A DNA stretch of 64,000 nucleotides from NCBI GenBank assembly GCA_023920165.1, contig CP089276.1:2604001-2668000 (forward strand). The letters run 5' to 3'. The position numbers were made by a program, and so were the translations under genes. This document shows positions 62,803 to 64,000 of this stretch, piece by piece. How positions within the stretch are numbered: position 1 is the first letter of the stretch; each line of letters starts with the position of its first letter. Source of the stretch: Curvularia clavata. Taxonomy: Eukaryota. The notes beneath the pieces were generated by a model that was not told the origin of the DNA, made no database searches, and was given only the letters and a program-made list of their open reading frames with translations.

Positions 62803-64000
62803 ATGGATTTTAGTCAACTGGACGCAATCTCTTCGGATCTTGCCCTTACTGCGAAAAGACTCAAGGCCCTATGTGAGAACAGTAGCCAAGCAATCACGAG
62901 CGCCAACAATGAACCCACAAAAGACGCCCTGGTGCCTTCGGCCATGGCATACAACCTGGAGCATGAAATCGCCTTAGCACAAAGCAATCTCAACAGTATT
63001 TCCTCGCGCTTGGAAACACTCTTGGCTGGTCCTGCTAGTTTTATACGTTCAATGGCCACACAGGTAGGTGAATATGCTTTCCCGTAGGTCCCTTTTGCTA
63101 TCTTGGCGCGACTTAGCTAAGTCTGGTTCAAAATAGAGTCAACTCCTGGCATGTTTAAAATGGATGGGAGAATACCAGATCATTGCCTACATACCACTGG
63201 ACGACATTATTTCGCTTGAAGAGCTTGCCAACCTGGCTGATGTGTCAGAACACACGCTCAGCCGAGTCGTAAGAATGACTGCAACTGCAGGTTTCTTGTA
63301 CGAGCCACAGCCCGGACACGTTGCACACACTCCTTTGTCTCTATCGTTTACGACTGAGTTGTCATATTTTGATGCCGCCATGTTTTTGGCAAATAAAGTT
63401 GCTCCAGCTTCCTTCAATCTCGCCTTTTTCGCAAATGAACACGACAGTACGGCGATGCATTTGCAGTCACCACGCCCGCTAGATCTTCTTTCCCAAGAGC
63501 CACAGACCAACCGTCAATGGCAGGCCTTCCGTCAGAGTATGGGTAGCATGAGCAATTCGCTAGCATATCTCCCCAACCTGCTCAATTGGCGCAGTCTCGG
63601 GGATGCATCCGTTGTAGATGTAAGTAATCCGAGATACGATACCGGGTGAATTTTTTTTGTTCATGTTTTACTGACAAAATTCCCATCGCAACAGATCTGT
63701 GATAGTGACACTACATTGGCGCAAGACCTTGCACAGGCCGCTCCAGCACTTCGAGTCACTGTACAAACCTACGACTTTACACCCACGGAAACGGCCCTTT
63801 CCGCTTTGGGGAACAGCGACAAAGACACCATCATGAGTCAACGTGTCGTCATACAACGAAGGAAACCCACGATATCCCAGCCGATAAAGGATGCAGCAGT
63901 GTACCTTCTACATCCTTCCTTTGGTGCAGCAAGCACACGTGGCTATACCCCCAGCGAATTGGTCACCATGGAACTCAAGGCGCATTTCGGTATCCTACGA
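62803..64000 (+). CDS. AflJ/AflS/MdpA-like secondary-metabolite cluster co-activator (degenerate O-methyltransferase fold), truncated by the window end
   Basis: ATG 62803, introns about 63064-63136 and 63620-63694. QLLACLKWMGEYQIIAYIP..LSRVVRMTATAGFLYEPQPGHVAHTPLS..DAAMFLA resembles the AflJ family as I recall it. The SAM-binding position reads VVD|IC with no glycine-rich loop. Confidence 0.78.

Overview
Gene-dense, intron-containing eukaryotic DNA from a filamentous ascomycete. Short GT-AG introns with CTAAC/CTGAC branch points are seen directly; Dothideomycetes/Pleosporales is an inference from gene content. I can support about 21 protein-coding genes. In order: NADP-dependent alcohol dehydrogenase; Pth11-like CFEM receptor; divergent DEP1/NOP12; HapB (NF-YA); a Dal5-type MFS permease; SLA1; a small three-exon CYSTM gene missing from the ORF track; a hypothetical protein; vezatin (VezA); a second hypothetical protein; EMC6; a contiguous PCNA / pyridoxal kinase / dUTPase trio; a hexose transporter; an SDR; divergent U2AF65/OGG1; a HeLo-like + ankyrin + Cys-rich protein with no NTPase; and, at the right edge, an FAD monooxygenase divergent from an AflJ/MdpA-like co-activator. 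That last pair probably marks the start of a secondary-metabolite cluster running out of the window. I found no rRNA, convincing tRNA, intact transposon or CRISPR array. The best leads are the NTPase-less HeLo-like protein, the cluster edge (atypical FAD motif, adjacent degenerate repeat array), the possible uracil-avoidance trio, the AUG-free spliced leader of hapB, and a splice donor overlapping the U2AF65 stop codon. Products were assigned by recognising motifs and exon boundaries were read by eye; no database search was run.
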